Virus record (IMG/VR): IMGVR_UViG_2974655058_000001
Span: 7,652 to 71,651 of that record
DNA: 64,000 nucleotides
Direction: 5' to 3' (one strand)
From: a virus
Taxonomy: Duplodnaviria; Heunggongvirae; Uroviricota; Caudoviricetes; Demerecviridae
Shown here: positions 26,702 through 34,557 of the stretch, piece by piece
How positions within the stretch are numbered: the first letter of the stretch is position 1
Layout: every line of letters starts with the position of its first letter
The notes under the pieces: generated by a model
Told to the model about the DNA's origin: nothing
What the model saw: only the letters and a program-made list of their open reading frames with translations
Database searches by the model: none
Position numbers and translations under genes: made by a program

Positions 26702-26989
26702 TTAAGCAACCACATTTTTTAAAAATTTGATGCCTTTCTTTTTCTTCTTATATTTCCACGTTAAGGGATTCTGTCGATTATGAACGCTTGAGATCTTCGT
26801 CTCGTCAAAGTTCTTCAATATCATGTAATCACAAGATAATTGTTCTAATGGAATGTGATCACCGTCAAAAGCGTATACATAAGGCTGTTGACTAGCACGA
26901 TAATGATAGACTTTGTTAATTCTACGTTTCAGCGACTTATCCGCGCAGTAAATAAAGAAGTTTTCAGGATGCATCAGCAGCTCCTTCAA
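26702..26989 (-). CDS. hypothetical protein
   Basis: ORF track. Confidence 0.5.
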   Translation of the reverse strand: MKELLMHPENFFIYCADKSLKRRINKVYHYRASQQPYVYAFDGDHIPLEQLSCDYMILKNFDETKISSVHNRQNPLTWKYKKKKKGIKFLKNVVA

Positions 26990-26991
26990 TT

Positions 26992-27066
26992 TGGTGCACC
27001 CTGTTCGTATCGAACGAACCTCTCAAGCTCTTCAGGCAAGCGCTAATCCATCTCAGCTAAAGGTGC
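26992..27066 (-). tRNA. tRNA-Phe (GAA), tentative
   Basis: T-arm GTTCGTTCGATACGAAC, loop CTGAAGA, anticodon stem with 2 mismatches. Confidence 0.5.
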
Positions 27067-27072
27067 AAATTT

Positions 27073-27143
27073 TGGCAGGGGTAAAGGTATTCGAAACCTT
27101 TTCATGGGTTTTGGAGGCCCATTTGCAACCTATGCGTACCCCA
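27073..27143 (-). tRNA. tRNA-Trp (CCA), short 71 nt
   Basis: loop CTCCAAA; T-arm AAGGTTTCGAATACCTT. Confidence 0.55.
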
Positions 27144-27152
27144 ATTATTAAT

Positions 27153-27227
27153 TGGCACACCCAACGAGGATCGAACTCGTGTTCCCACTGTGAAAGAGTG
27201 GTGTCCTAACCGCTAGACGATAGGTGC
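27153..27227 (-). tRNA. tRNA-Glu (TTC)
   Basis: anticodon stem CCACT/AGTGG, loop CTTTCAC. Confidence 0.75.
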
Positions 27228-27234
27228 ATTAAAT

Positions 27235-27322
27235 TGGTGGGGAAAGATGGAGTCGAACCACCCGAGTCGCAATGACAACTGATTTACAGTCAGCTCTGCT
27301 ACCACTTACAGAATATTTCCCC
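27235..27322 (-). tRNA. tRNA-Tyr (GTA), class II
   Basis: 88 nt, long variable arm, loop CTGTAAA. Confidence 0.7.
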
Positions 27323-27452
27323 ATATTTAGAAGTATTCAAAAATTCTCATTTAAACACTTTTAAATATGTTTCCAAATTAGATAAATATTATATCAAGTT
27401 TTATAGTATTGGGCAAGTCAAATTTTAAAGAACTTGCCCAATGCTGTATTAG

Positions 27453-27728
27453 TTAGTCGAACTTAGGAGTGACAGTTAAGGAGAACGGAAGTTCAAAAAC
27501 TTCTTCACCCTCATCACTAACAGTGATTACACGACCTTTAAGTTCAGACATTGAAATATCAATGTCAGCTTTTGCATCTGGAGCCATGCCAGCTTCAACA
27601 CATTTAGCTTTAATTTCCGGCAGAAGTTCTACATCGTAGAAATAAAGCCACTCAATCTCACCTTCCCAGCCTTCCCAGGATTTACAGATTGCACTTTCAA
27701 TACCAGTTGCTATAACACGATTTTGCAT
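27453..27728 (-). CDS. hypothetical protein
   Basis: ORF track plus a promoter module. Confidence 0.5.
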   Translation of the reverse strand: MQNRVIATGIESAICKSWEGWEGEIEWLYFYDVELLPEIKAKCVEAGMAPDAKADIDISMSELKGRVITVSDEGEEVFELPFSLTVTPKFD

Positions 27729-27818
27729 TCGTTAACTCCTTCATCAATTTATACAACTATTATATCAGAAATTTAAAGCAAAAGGCAAGTACATTTTTAA
27801 AAATTCTGTTCGGAGGAG

Positions 27819-28025
27819 CTAAACTCCAGATTCTTCGGCCAAGTCTAGACTAATAAGAGTTATAGCCATAATTGCCGCACCGTGTTCTTTTTCTCCGGTG
27901 TTTTTAGCAGAGTCTATAATATCCTTAATCTGTTCGTAATAACTTTTTACTTCTTGTTCAATGCCTGCCTCGGCTATCATGCCTTTAGTCATGAGTCGTT
28001 GCATGGTAATTTCAGGATTAGCCAT
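27819..28025 (-). CDS. hypothetical small protein
   Basis: ORF track. Confidence 0.45.
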   Translation of the reverse strand: MANPEITMQRLMTKGMIAEAGIEQEVKSYYEQIKDIIDSAKNTGEKEHGAAIMAITLISLDLAEESGV

Positions 28026-28200
28026 GTTGTTTCTCCAGTTTCATTTTTAATAGTTTACAAATGAAATCAACGTCTTCATCTGTGCCTAAGTCTCTATCCT
28101 CAAGGTTTGCCTTGAAGTTTTTCGTCAACTCCATAAGGATGACTTCCCTAGAACGACGTGTTGGTGGCGGAGGAGGTCTATACATCTTAATTCCTTAATT

Positions 28201-28277
28201 TGGTAGGGGTGGTGGGATTCGAACCCACAAAACCTGAATTTTAAGTCCAGTACCTATGCCAATTCGATTACACCCCC
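28201..28277 (-). tRNA. tRNA with anticodon TAA (a Leu anticodon) but class-I architecture
   Basis: 77 nt, 5-nt variable loop, loop CTTAAAA, A73. Confidence 0.55.
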
Positions 28278-28378
28278 ATGTAATCAGTTTATTAGTTGAT
28301 ACATATTATAGCCTAGAGAAAACCCTACTACTAATCCTACGAACCAACCAATATAATAATCTTTTAGTTTCACGGGTA

Positions 28379-28564
28379 TCAACCTCGCTCAATATCTAGA
28401 GAAATACCACAGGTAGGATTAATGCCTGTGCCTTTGCATGTATGACAAACCCAGATATTGCAAAAAGTATCTCCTGCTTCTGCATCAGAGGCTTCCCCAA
28501 CTCCTAGACAGTCAGGACAGGCACATTCTTCTAGCTCTTGCTTGAGTTCTTGAAACTTAGACAT
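28379..28564 (-). CDS. mini protein with two DnaJ-type CxxCxGxG zinc-finger motifs
   Basis: CPDCLGVG ... CHTCKGTG. Confidence 0.5.
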   Translation of the reverse strand: MSKFQELKQELEECACPDCLGVGEASDAEAGDTFCNIWVCHTCKGTGINPTCGISLDIERG

Positions 28565-28573
28565 ATAGTTTCC

Positions 28574-28762
28574 TTATTCAATTACTTTTGAGGCTTCAAG
28601 GGAGTCGATATAGTGTACGTTTTCTACCATAATCATATAATCTGCCACTTTATCCATAGCCTGAGCTTCAGAGGTAGCCCTAGCTAACCTATATCCTTTT
28701 TTATATTCATCCGGGTATTCCCTATCTGGAATAAACACAACACAAACTAGGTATAGTTTCAC
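28574..28762 (-). CDS. hypothetical small protein
   Basis: ORF track. Confidence 0.45.
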   Translation of the reverse strand: MKLYLVCVVFIPDREYPDEYKKGYRLARATSEAQAMDKVADYMIMVENVHYIDSLEASKVIE

Positions 28763-28783
28763 TTGTAACCTCTCTAATTAAGC

Positions 28784-28861
28784 TGGTGGCTCCCCGAGGA
28801 TTCGAACCTACGTACCTTCCGGTTATGAGCCGGGTGCTCATACCATATGAGCTTGAGAACC
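28784..28861 (-). tRNA. tRNA (anticodon CAT), third CAT species
   Basis: acceptor GGTTCTC/GGGAGCC with G-U pairs, loop CTCATAA. Confidence 0.6.
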
Positions 28862-28867
28862 AGAATT

Positions 28868-28956
28868 TGGCGGAAGAAGTGGGAATCGAACCCGCAAGGC
28901 TATATTTCAAACCGACAGATTAGCAATCTGCTGCAATACCGTTATGCTATTCTTCC
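28868..28956 (-). tRNA. tRNA-Ser (GCT), class II
   Basis: 89 nt, loop TTGCTAA. Confidence 0.7.
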
Positions 28957-29067
28957 GAATTTATAAATATATTATATTAGAAATTTAGCTTCATAGCAAG
29001 AAAATTTTTCAAGTTTTCGGTAGACATCTCATCCACATCTACAGGAGAAACAAATCCATTTAATTGT

Positions 29068-29496
29068 CTAGCAAATTTTTTCACCAGCAGGATCATTATC
29101 TCCGATAGCTACCAATTTAAAAGGTAGTAGCTTTAGTTGCTTTAATAGGGCTTTTCCTGGAGAAGAACCCAACATTGCTAGGGCGGGATAACCAGCGTTA
29201 TGTAACGCAACTGCCTTAAATACAGATTCAGCAATCAATACTACTTTTTCATCTCCAGTGAGGGTTTCTAGTCCCCATACACACTGTGTAGTAGAATAAG
29301 TAAAATATCTAGCTTCAAAGGGACACTTACCATGACCTTTTGGAGCAGAAGGATTATACGTCTGATAGCCTCTCAACATCCCAGAGAAGTCATACAATGG
29401 GACTGTTAGCCATCCTTCCGGGCTTAACCAGCAATGATATTTATCTGTATCAAACCCTCTAGATAAGAGGTGTTCTGTTAGTTCATCAACAGTCAT
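29068..29496 (-). CDS. TOPRIM-domain protein (primase C-terminal-like paralog lacking the Zn finger)
   Basis: VVLIAESVF...VAIGDNDPAG matches the TOPRIM E...DxD signature, similar to the C-terminus of the primase at 62556..63446; start placed at the MTVDEL ATG after a promoter module. Confidence 0.55.
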   Translation of the reverse strand: MTVDELTEHLLSRGFDTDKYHCWLSPEGWLTVPLYDFSGMLRGYQTYNPSAPKGHGKCPFEARYFTYSTTQCVWGLETLTGDEKVVLIAESVFKAVALHNAGYPALAMLGSSPGKALLKQLKLLPFKLVAIGDNDPAGEKIC

Positions 29497-29671
29497 ACTA
29501 GATTCCTCTCTCAAATTTATAAATATATTATACAGAGAATTTAGCATTCAAGCAATTGAATTTTTTAACTTTTTAGAGGAAAATCACAGGATGCTTAAGG
29601 GTAGCAGGTAAGTGGTCAGGACCGAAATTTGTGACCCCACTAAAAATCTGTGGGCAATTTTTAAAGACCCC

Positions 29672-29700
29672 TTGACATTTTTGCTGGGGTAGTGTAAAGT
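29672..29700 (+). promoter_or_regulatory. consensus sigma70 promoter for the plus-strand cassette
   Basis: TTGACA, 17-nt spacer, TAAAGT. Confidence 0.65.
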
Positions 29701-29762
29701 ATATGTTATGGATGAGTGATCAAAGAGACACACATTTTCTATATACTAGGAGGTGTCAAAAA

Positions 29763-30743
29763 ATGACAGAAGAAGTAGCTAAGAGTCCTGAAACCGTCGC
29801 TAGCGTAGCAGCAGAACTGCATCGTCACGAGGAATCAGATAAGAAAAAGTGGGAGAAAGTCAAAGCCTACGAAGAAGAACATCGTGAACACGATGAAGAT
29901 GATGAAGAAGATGACGATGATGAACATTGTCATAAATATGGAAAACATAAAATGCAAGAACCAGTAAACGTATTTACTAACGGCTTCCCTGGCATGGGTG
30001 CATTCCCAGCTAACGCAAGTGCTTTCGGTGGAGAAGGTATGGGTCTATTCGGAGCTATCTTAATCGGTGCTCTATTAACAGGCGGATTTGGTGGGTTTGG
30101 TGGTTTTGGTCGCGGTGCTGGCGTTGCCGCTGAAGGAACTGCTGTGGACGCGATCCTTTCTAACCAAGATACTGCAAGTATTCTAGCTGCAATTAACACT
30201 ACTCGTACAGAAGCTAACCAGGGCACTGGGGCTGTTCTAAGTGCAGTAAACGGTGTGGGAGCTGCTCAAGCTGCTAGCACTCAGCAAGTTCTGACTACTA
30301 TCTACGGTACAGGTGCTAATCTGTCAAACCAGATCTGTGCTGAAACTCGTAACGTTATTCAGGGTCAGTTCGATCTTTCTCGTCAGATGGATCAATCTTT
30401 CGCTGCTAACCAGATAGCACGTGCTCAAGATAAGTTTGACTCTGCTCAGATTGCTTTCCAGCAGTCTATTCAGACCAACAACCAGTTTGCCGCTGTTCAG
30501 GCTCAGATGTGCGCTAACCAGAACGCTATCGAACGTCAGCTTGCGGAATGTTGCTGTGAGCTTCAGACTGCGATCGCTGGTGTAACTACTGCACGTATCC
30601 AGGACGAACTGAATGAATGCCGTCTGCGCGAAGCAATCGCTGCAGGTAGCGGTGCAAATGGTCAGGTAATCAACCAAATCGCTGTAAGTCTTGGTGCTAT
30701 CACTCAGACTCTGGCTGGTCTGCAGGCTAAACTGCCGGCTTAA
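29763..30743 (+). CDS. low-complexity G/A/Q-rich protein (His/acidic N-terminus, GFGGFGGFG hydrophobic segment)
   Basis: AGGAGG RBS 7 nt before the ATG at 29763 (the ORF track starts at an upstream in-frame ATG, 29703); host-like codon usage. Confidence 0.6.
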   Translation: MTEEVAKSPETVASVAAELHRHEESDKKKWEKVKAYEEEHREHDEDDEEDDDDEHCHKYGKHKMQEPVNVFTNGFPGMGAFPANASAFGGEGMGLFGAILIGALLTGGFGGFGGFGRGAGVAAEGTAVDAILSNQDTASILAAINTTRTEANQGTGAVLSAVNGVGAAQAASTQQVLTTIYGTGANLSNQICAETRNVIQGQFDLSRQMDQSFAANQIARAQDKFDSAQIAFQQSIQTNNQFAAVQAQMCANQNAIERQLAECCCELQTAIAGVTTARIQDELNECRLREAIAAGSGANGQVINQIAVSLGAITQTLAGLQAKLPA

Positions 30744-30764
30744 AATTAAGGGGAGGAGCCCATT

Positions 30765-31193
30765 ATGAGTAAATATGGTTTTGTGAACAACGGATTTAAT
30801 CAACCAATGGGCTCCCAGCAGCCCGTTCCGGGTCTGGATAATCCTTACCTACAACAGTTGCAACAGCGTTTAGCAGAAGCGCAACAGATGCAGCAACAAC
30901 TCCAGCAAAACCCTGGAAGTGTGAGTCCTATGCAAATGATGCAGCAAATGAGCGGGCAGTCGCAAATGCCTCAACAAATGCATCAACAGGTGGCTCAGCA
31001 ACAAGTTCAGCAGCAAGTTCAGCAGCAAACCCAACAACCGCAGGTTTCTGCGGAAGGACAGGCAGTACTAGCCCTTTTCGAAGACTTCGCAAAGACAGAG
31101 GATGGGAAGCAGCTTGTATCACTTATGGGTAAGTTTAATAGCTTCTGCCAAAGCCAAATTGCAAAAGCTCAAAATAGCGGTAATAACTCCTAA
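30765..31193 (+). CDS. Q/N-rich prion-like low-complexity protein
   Basis: GGGGAGGAG RBS; poly-Q/QQ-V repeats. Confidence 0.6.
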   Translation: MSKYGFVNNGFNQPMGSQQPVPGLDNPYLQQLQQRLAEAQQMQQQLQQNPGSVSPMQMMQQMSGQSQMPQQMHQQVAQQQVQQQVQQQTQQPQVSAEGQAVLALFEDFAKTEDGKQLVSLMGKFNSFCQSQIAKAQNSGNNS

Positions 31194-31202
31194 GGAGGAA
31201 TT

Positions 31203-31397
31203 ATGTGTTGCAGAAAATCTGTTTCGTGCTGCCCAATGCATGTAGCACGTTGTTGCTCTCCAGCAATGTTTACGCAAATACCGGCGTTCAATCCGTTTGC
31301 CTTTAAGCCTACTCTTATCCTGCCCCCTAGAGTAGATTTTCAGTCAAGATTGGCCTCCCGTATGGGTGGTTGCTGTAACAAGAGTATATGGTTCTAA
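31203..31397 (+). CDS. Cys-rich peptide with four CC doublets (64 aa)
   Basis: AAGGAGG RBS 5 nt before the ATG; MCC..SCC..RCC..GCC. Confidence 0.45.
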   Translation: MCCRKSVSCCPMHVARCCSPAMFTQIPAFNPFAFKPTLILPPRVDFQSRLASRMGGCCNKSIWF

Positions 31398-31410
31398 GGA
31401 ACCAAACAAT

Positions 31411-31447
31411 AAAGCCCCTAGTCGAAAGACTTAGGGGCTTTTCTTTT
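31411..31447 (+). terminator. rho-independent terminator ending the plus-strand cassette
   Basis: AAGCCCCTAGTC-GAAA-GACTTAGGGGCTTTTCTTTT. Confidence 0.7.
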
Positions 31448-31462
31448 ATCTTAAATACAGAA

Positions 31463-31500
31463 AAGCCCGCGCTCTCGGAGGAAACGCGGGCTTGGTTCGA
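31463..31500 (-). terminator. rho-independent terminator for the SPFH gene (minus strand)
   Basis: GCCCGCG...CGCGGGC stem followed by TTTTCTGTATTT on the minus strand. Confidence 0.65.
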
Positions 31501-31516
31501 AGATTACGTGTAACTA

Positions 31517-32464
31517 TTACTTGTTACGCATATCCATGATCATTTGACCATCGTAGCCAGTACCTACTACAGTCTGAGGCACACCACCTTGATATTTCTG
31601 AGCACGAATCATCTCAACTTCCAGTTGTTTCCAACGAATCATCTCAGGAGTAATGGTACGTTGCAGTGCGGCGTTAGCTTCAGCTTCTTTCTTAGCTGCG
31701 TACAGTTTAGCATCTGCGTCACGTTCATTAGCGATAGCTTGGTTGTTGCGAGCTTCACGATCTGCTTCTGCTTGTTTAACTTTTTGCTGTGCTTCCTGTT
31801 CAACACGAGCTAATTCAGCTTTAGCAGCATTAACCTGTTCTTCACGAACTTTGGTATTCTGTACCTGTTCCATGATTACCGGTGGCAAAGTAATATCCTG
31901 AAGGAATACCTGCTTAACTGTGTAACCATATGGGCGTGCATACTCTTCAACTTCCTGTTGAATTGCAGTTTGCAATTGAGCCTGAATTTTAGCATCAAAC
32001 AAATCTTGTGCTTTAGGTACAGACTTACCAAACTCACGAATAGTAGACAGTAATTTTTCAGTTACATACTTGTCTAGTGCCTGATCCTGAGTACCTGCAT
32101 TAATACGGTTAATCGGTGCCTTAGAACCATCAAACTGCAACATAACAGTCAGGTCAACAGTGGATTTAAACTTATCCTGACTAGGAACCTGAAGTTTATC
32201 TAATTTTACAGCAATATCTTTTGTACTGAAAGTATCGAAAGATGCAAACGGGTTTACAATATGGAAACCAGGTAATACTGGATTAGGGTCTACTTTACCC
32301 AGGAATGTTTGAGTTTTAACCGTACCATCAGAAACAATAGTATATGAATTAAAAGCTAGGATTAAACCTGCTAAACCAACTACAGCACCAATCCCCCAAC
32401 GTTTAATAGTACGAATTACTTTCTGCTCAGAAGTTAGTTCTTTCATATTTTTAGTATTAAACAT
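31517..32464 (-). CDS. SPFH/band-7 (prohibitin/HflK/C-like) membrane protein
   Basis: N-terminal TM, SPFH core, long C-terminal coiled coil EAQQKVKQAEADREARN... Confidence 0.7.
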   Translation of the reverse strand: MFNTKNMKELTSEQKVIRTIKRWGIGAVVGLAGLILAFNSYTIVSDGTVKTQTFLGKVDPNPVLPGFHIVNPFASFDTFSTKDIAVKLDKLQVPSQDKFKSTVDLTVMLQFDGSKAPINRINAGTQDQALDKYVTEKLLSTIREFGKSVPKAQDLFDAKIQAQLQTAIQQEVEEYARPYGYTVKQVFLQDITLPPVIMEQVQNTKVREEQVNAAKAELARVEQEAQQKVKQAEADREARNNQAIANERDADAKLYAAKKEAEANAALQRTITPEMIRWKQLEVEMIRAQKYQGGVPQTVVGTGYDGQMIMDMRNK

Positions 32465-32498
32465 ATATTTCCTTTGTTTTAGTTACAGTTAATAAAAT

Positions 32499-32573
32499 TG
32501 GCCGAGGTGACAGGATTCGAACCTGCATAAAGGAATTTAGAAGACTCCTGCCTCTCCCTTAGACTACACCCCG
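32499..32573 (-). tRNA. tRNA-Arg (TCT)
   Basis: anticodon stem GGAGT/ATTCC, loop CTTCTAA. Confidence 0.7.
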
Positions 32574-33075
32574 TTTAAGTATTTTTAAGAACTCTCGTAA
32601 AAACTCTTAAAAATACAGACGATACCGGGAGAGTCATAAGTCTCACTCATTAAGTATTTCAAGACAAAATACAGTAACGTCTATTATTTTCCAGTTTAAG
32701 TCAGGGTGACTTAGTGGTTATGTCCTGCGGTATATTGAGGACTCGGTTAGGCTTGGGGTCATGACTTCCCGCCTTTTGCTGCTACTCAACAGGAGTTATC
32801 GCGAATTACCTGTGCTATTGTGCACCATTAGTGACATCTCTCATGTCAGCATTTCCCACTTTGTGGATAGCTTGAAAAACTACTCCGATATGGAGAAAGA
32901 ACTTCACTATCCTAGAATACCTTCTAAAGTTCTTCTTTAGCCTGGACATAGTTAAATCGTAATAAAACTATTCAGCAGACTGGTTGGTTAGTCTGGAACC
33001 AACTACCGCGTGGTTTAGGCAGTGCGCAACTAACCTCGGAAGCTTTTACGTTAAAAGCATCAGTTATCCAGTTCT

Positions 33076-33147
33076 TACCGACCGTAGGATTCGAACCTAC
33101 ATCTTCCACCAGTTACGGCTTGATAATACCAATTATACTAGGACGGC
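33076..33147 (-). pseudogene. degenerate tRNA-like sequence (canonical T-arm and acceptor-like termini, no anticodon arm, no CCA)
   Basis: GTAGGTTCGAATCCTAC T-arm; GCCGTCC/GGTCGGT termini with one mismatch. Confidence 0.35.
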
Positions 33148-33407
33148 AGTGTTACTACATAAGTGATTTCCACACCCCACTATTTATAAATTAGAGAAGA
33201 GTTTAGGGGAGAGGTTTCAGACGCCTCATTTTACACGTTCTAGCCACTAACCGGGATTGCCGCCCCCTGTGTACTAGTTTTACAACTAACCCACCGACTC
33301 TATTCAATGCGCTCCGGTTGGGATTCTGCACTCAGCGTAATCGGCTCGCTGTTCCCTAATTTATGAATATATTATACAGAATTTATAAGCATTTAGCAAA
33401 TAAATTT

Positions 33408-33851
33408 TTAATTAAATTCGCCAGCAATCTGAGCAGCAGTACCACCATCATAACGCCCAGGAAATTCTTCCTTAATCGCTTTCATCAGCATACCTTTTGT
33501 AATTCCAGGGTTTAGCTTAACTAATTCTGCAAAGTATTTACGAATCTCAGTATCAGATAACTGAGGAGGCAGATACTCCTGCAACCACTTATTTAGAATG
33601 TATTCATACTGAGCGGACTGCAAGCTATAACTATCAAGATCTTGACCATGAAGTTTAGCTTTCATCTGGTTAATGCTTTTTAGTTGAGCTTTGAGATAAG
33701 ACACAAATTGTTCAGAAGTGACGAAATCTTTATCAATACGCTGAAGATCCCCGATTATGGTCTGATAGCTTTTAGCGACTTCTTTATCAGAACCATTAAA
33801 CTTAGAATCCTGCAAAGCTCTACGCAAAACATCTAAAATATTCTCTTCCAT
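33408..33851 (-). CDS. GatB/YqeY-domain protein
   Basis: YqeY-like helical domain, C-terminal EEFPGRYDGGTAAQIAGE. Confidence 0.65.
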   Translation of the reverse strand: MEENILDVLRRALQDSKFNGSDKEVAKSYQTIIGDLQRIDKDFVTSEQFVSYLKAQLKSINQMKAKLHGQDLDSYSLQSAQYEYILNKWLQEYLPPQLSDTEIRKYFAELVKLNPGITKGMLMKAIKEEFPGRYDGGTAAQIAGEFN

Positions 33852-34021
33852 TATTTCATTCCTAACGCTTGGTTAAAAGATTGTTCTGTCATAACTGCTG
33901 AGACTTTGGCGAAATCAAACTTTTTAGGGTTCGTAGTGATCTCAGCAACGTTAGAAGTTTTAACAGTTTTCGTAGTACGAATACCGCGAGTGTTAACACC
34001 AATAATTACAACTGATTTCAT
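33851..34021 (-). CDS. small protein (56 aa), translationally coupled (TAATG) to the yqeY-like gene
   Basis: ATG after a promoter module; below the ORF-track cutoff. Confidence 0.35.
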   Translation of the reverse strand: MKSVVIIGVNTRGIRTTKTVKTSNVAEITTNPKKFDFAKVSAVMTEQSFNQALGMK

Positions 34022-34089
34022 ATTTCGCTTCCTCTCATTAATTTATGGAAGTATTATACGGAAATTTAAGTATTTAAGCAAGTAAATTT

Positions 34090-34557
34090 TTAAGTTTTAG
34101 TGACAACAGGTTTATAAAACGTATGTCCCTTAATCTTAGTTGTTTTCTTAAACTTCTTTGTCCAGTAAGGTTTATCTTTACCACTATGGAAGTATAGTGC
34201 TCCATATGTAGGATCTTGTGGTAAATCAACGTAGTATATCACTCTAGCTAAATTCTTAGCGGTTTGCCAAGCCTCATCAGTTTTATCAACTTTTGGTCTC
34301 TTAGATACCCAAGAGAACTGGTTAGACTGATATACTACTTTACAGTAGGAATCTGGGAATTTACCGGAGTTTACACGGTTTTTAGTAACATGTGCAATCG
34401 CCGTCATTCCCTTTATGCCCTCACCACGACTTTCGAAATAGATATTTTTAGCAATGCAATCTATTTCTCTTGCATCGTGCGATGCCTGACTACTAAAGCT
34501 GAAGGTAAGGGCAGCTACTAAAAGCAAAGCTGCCTTCATTCTTTTTACTCCTGCCAA
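34090..34557 (-). CDS. SleB-like cell-wall hydrolase with a signal peptide
   Basis: signal peptide plus the NIYFESRGE...AHVTKNR Hydrolase_2 signature. Confidence 0.65.
   Translation of the reverse strand: MAGVKRMKAALLLVAALTFSFSSQASHDAREIDCIAKNIYFESRGEGIKGMTAIAHVTKNRVNSGKFPDSYCKVVYQSNQFSWVSKRPKVDKTDEAWQTAKNLARVIYYVDLPQDPTYGALYFHSGKDKPYWTKKFKKTTKIKGHTFYKPVVTKT

Noticed and set aside
26855-27209. Plus-strand ORFs 26855..27046 and 26991..27209
   Set aside because: They overlap the tRNA-Phe, tRNA-Trp and tRNA-Glu genes.
29930-30803. Minus-strand ORFs 29930..30226 and 30324..30803
   Set aside because: They are antisense to the RBS-supported plus-strand cassette genes, with Pro/Ser-rich artefactual translations.
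31544-31901. Plus-strand ORFs inside the SPFH gene
   Set aside because: Antisense low-complexity (Ala/Ser/Leu) translations of the coiled-coil coding region.
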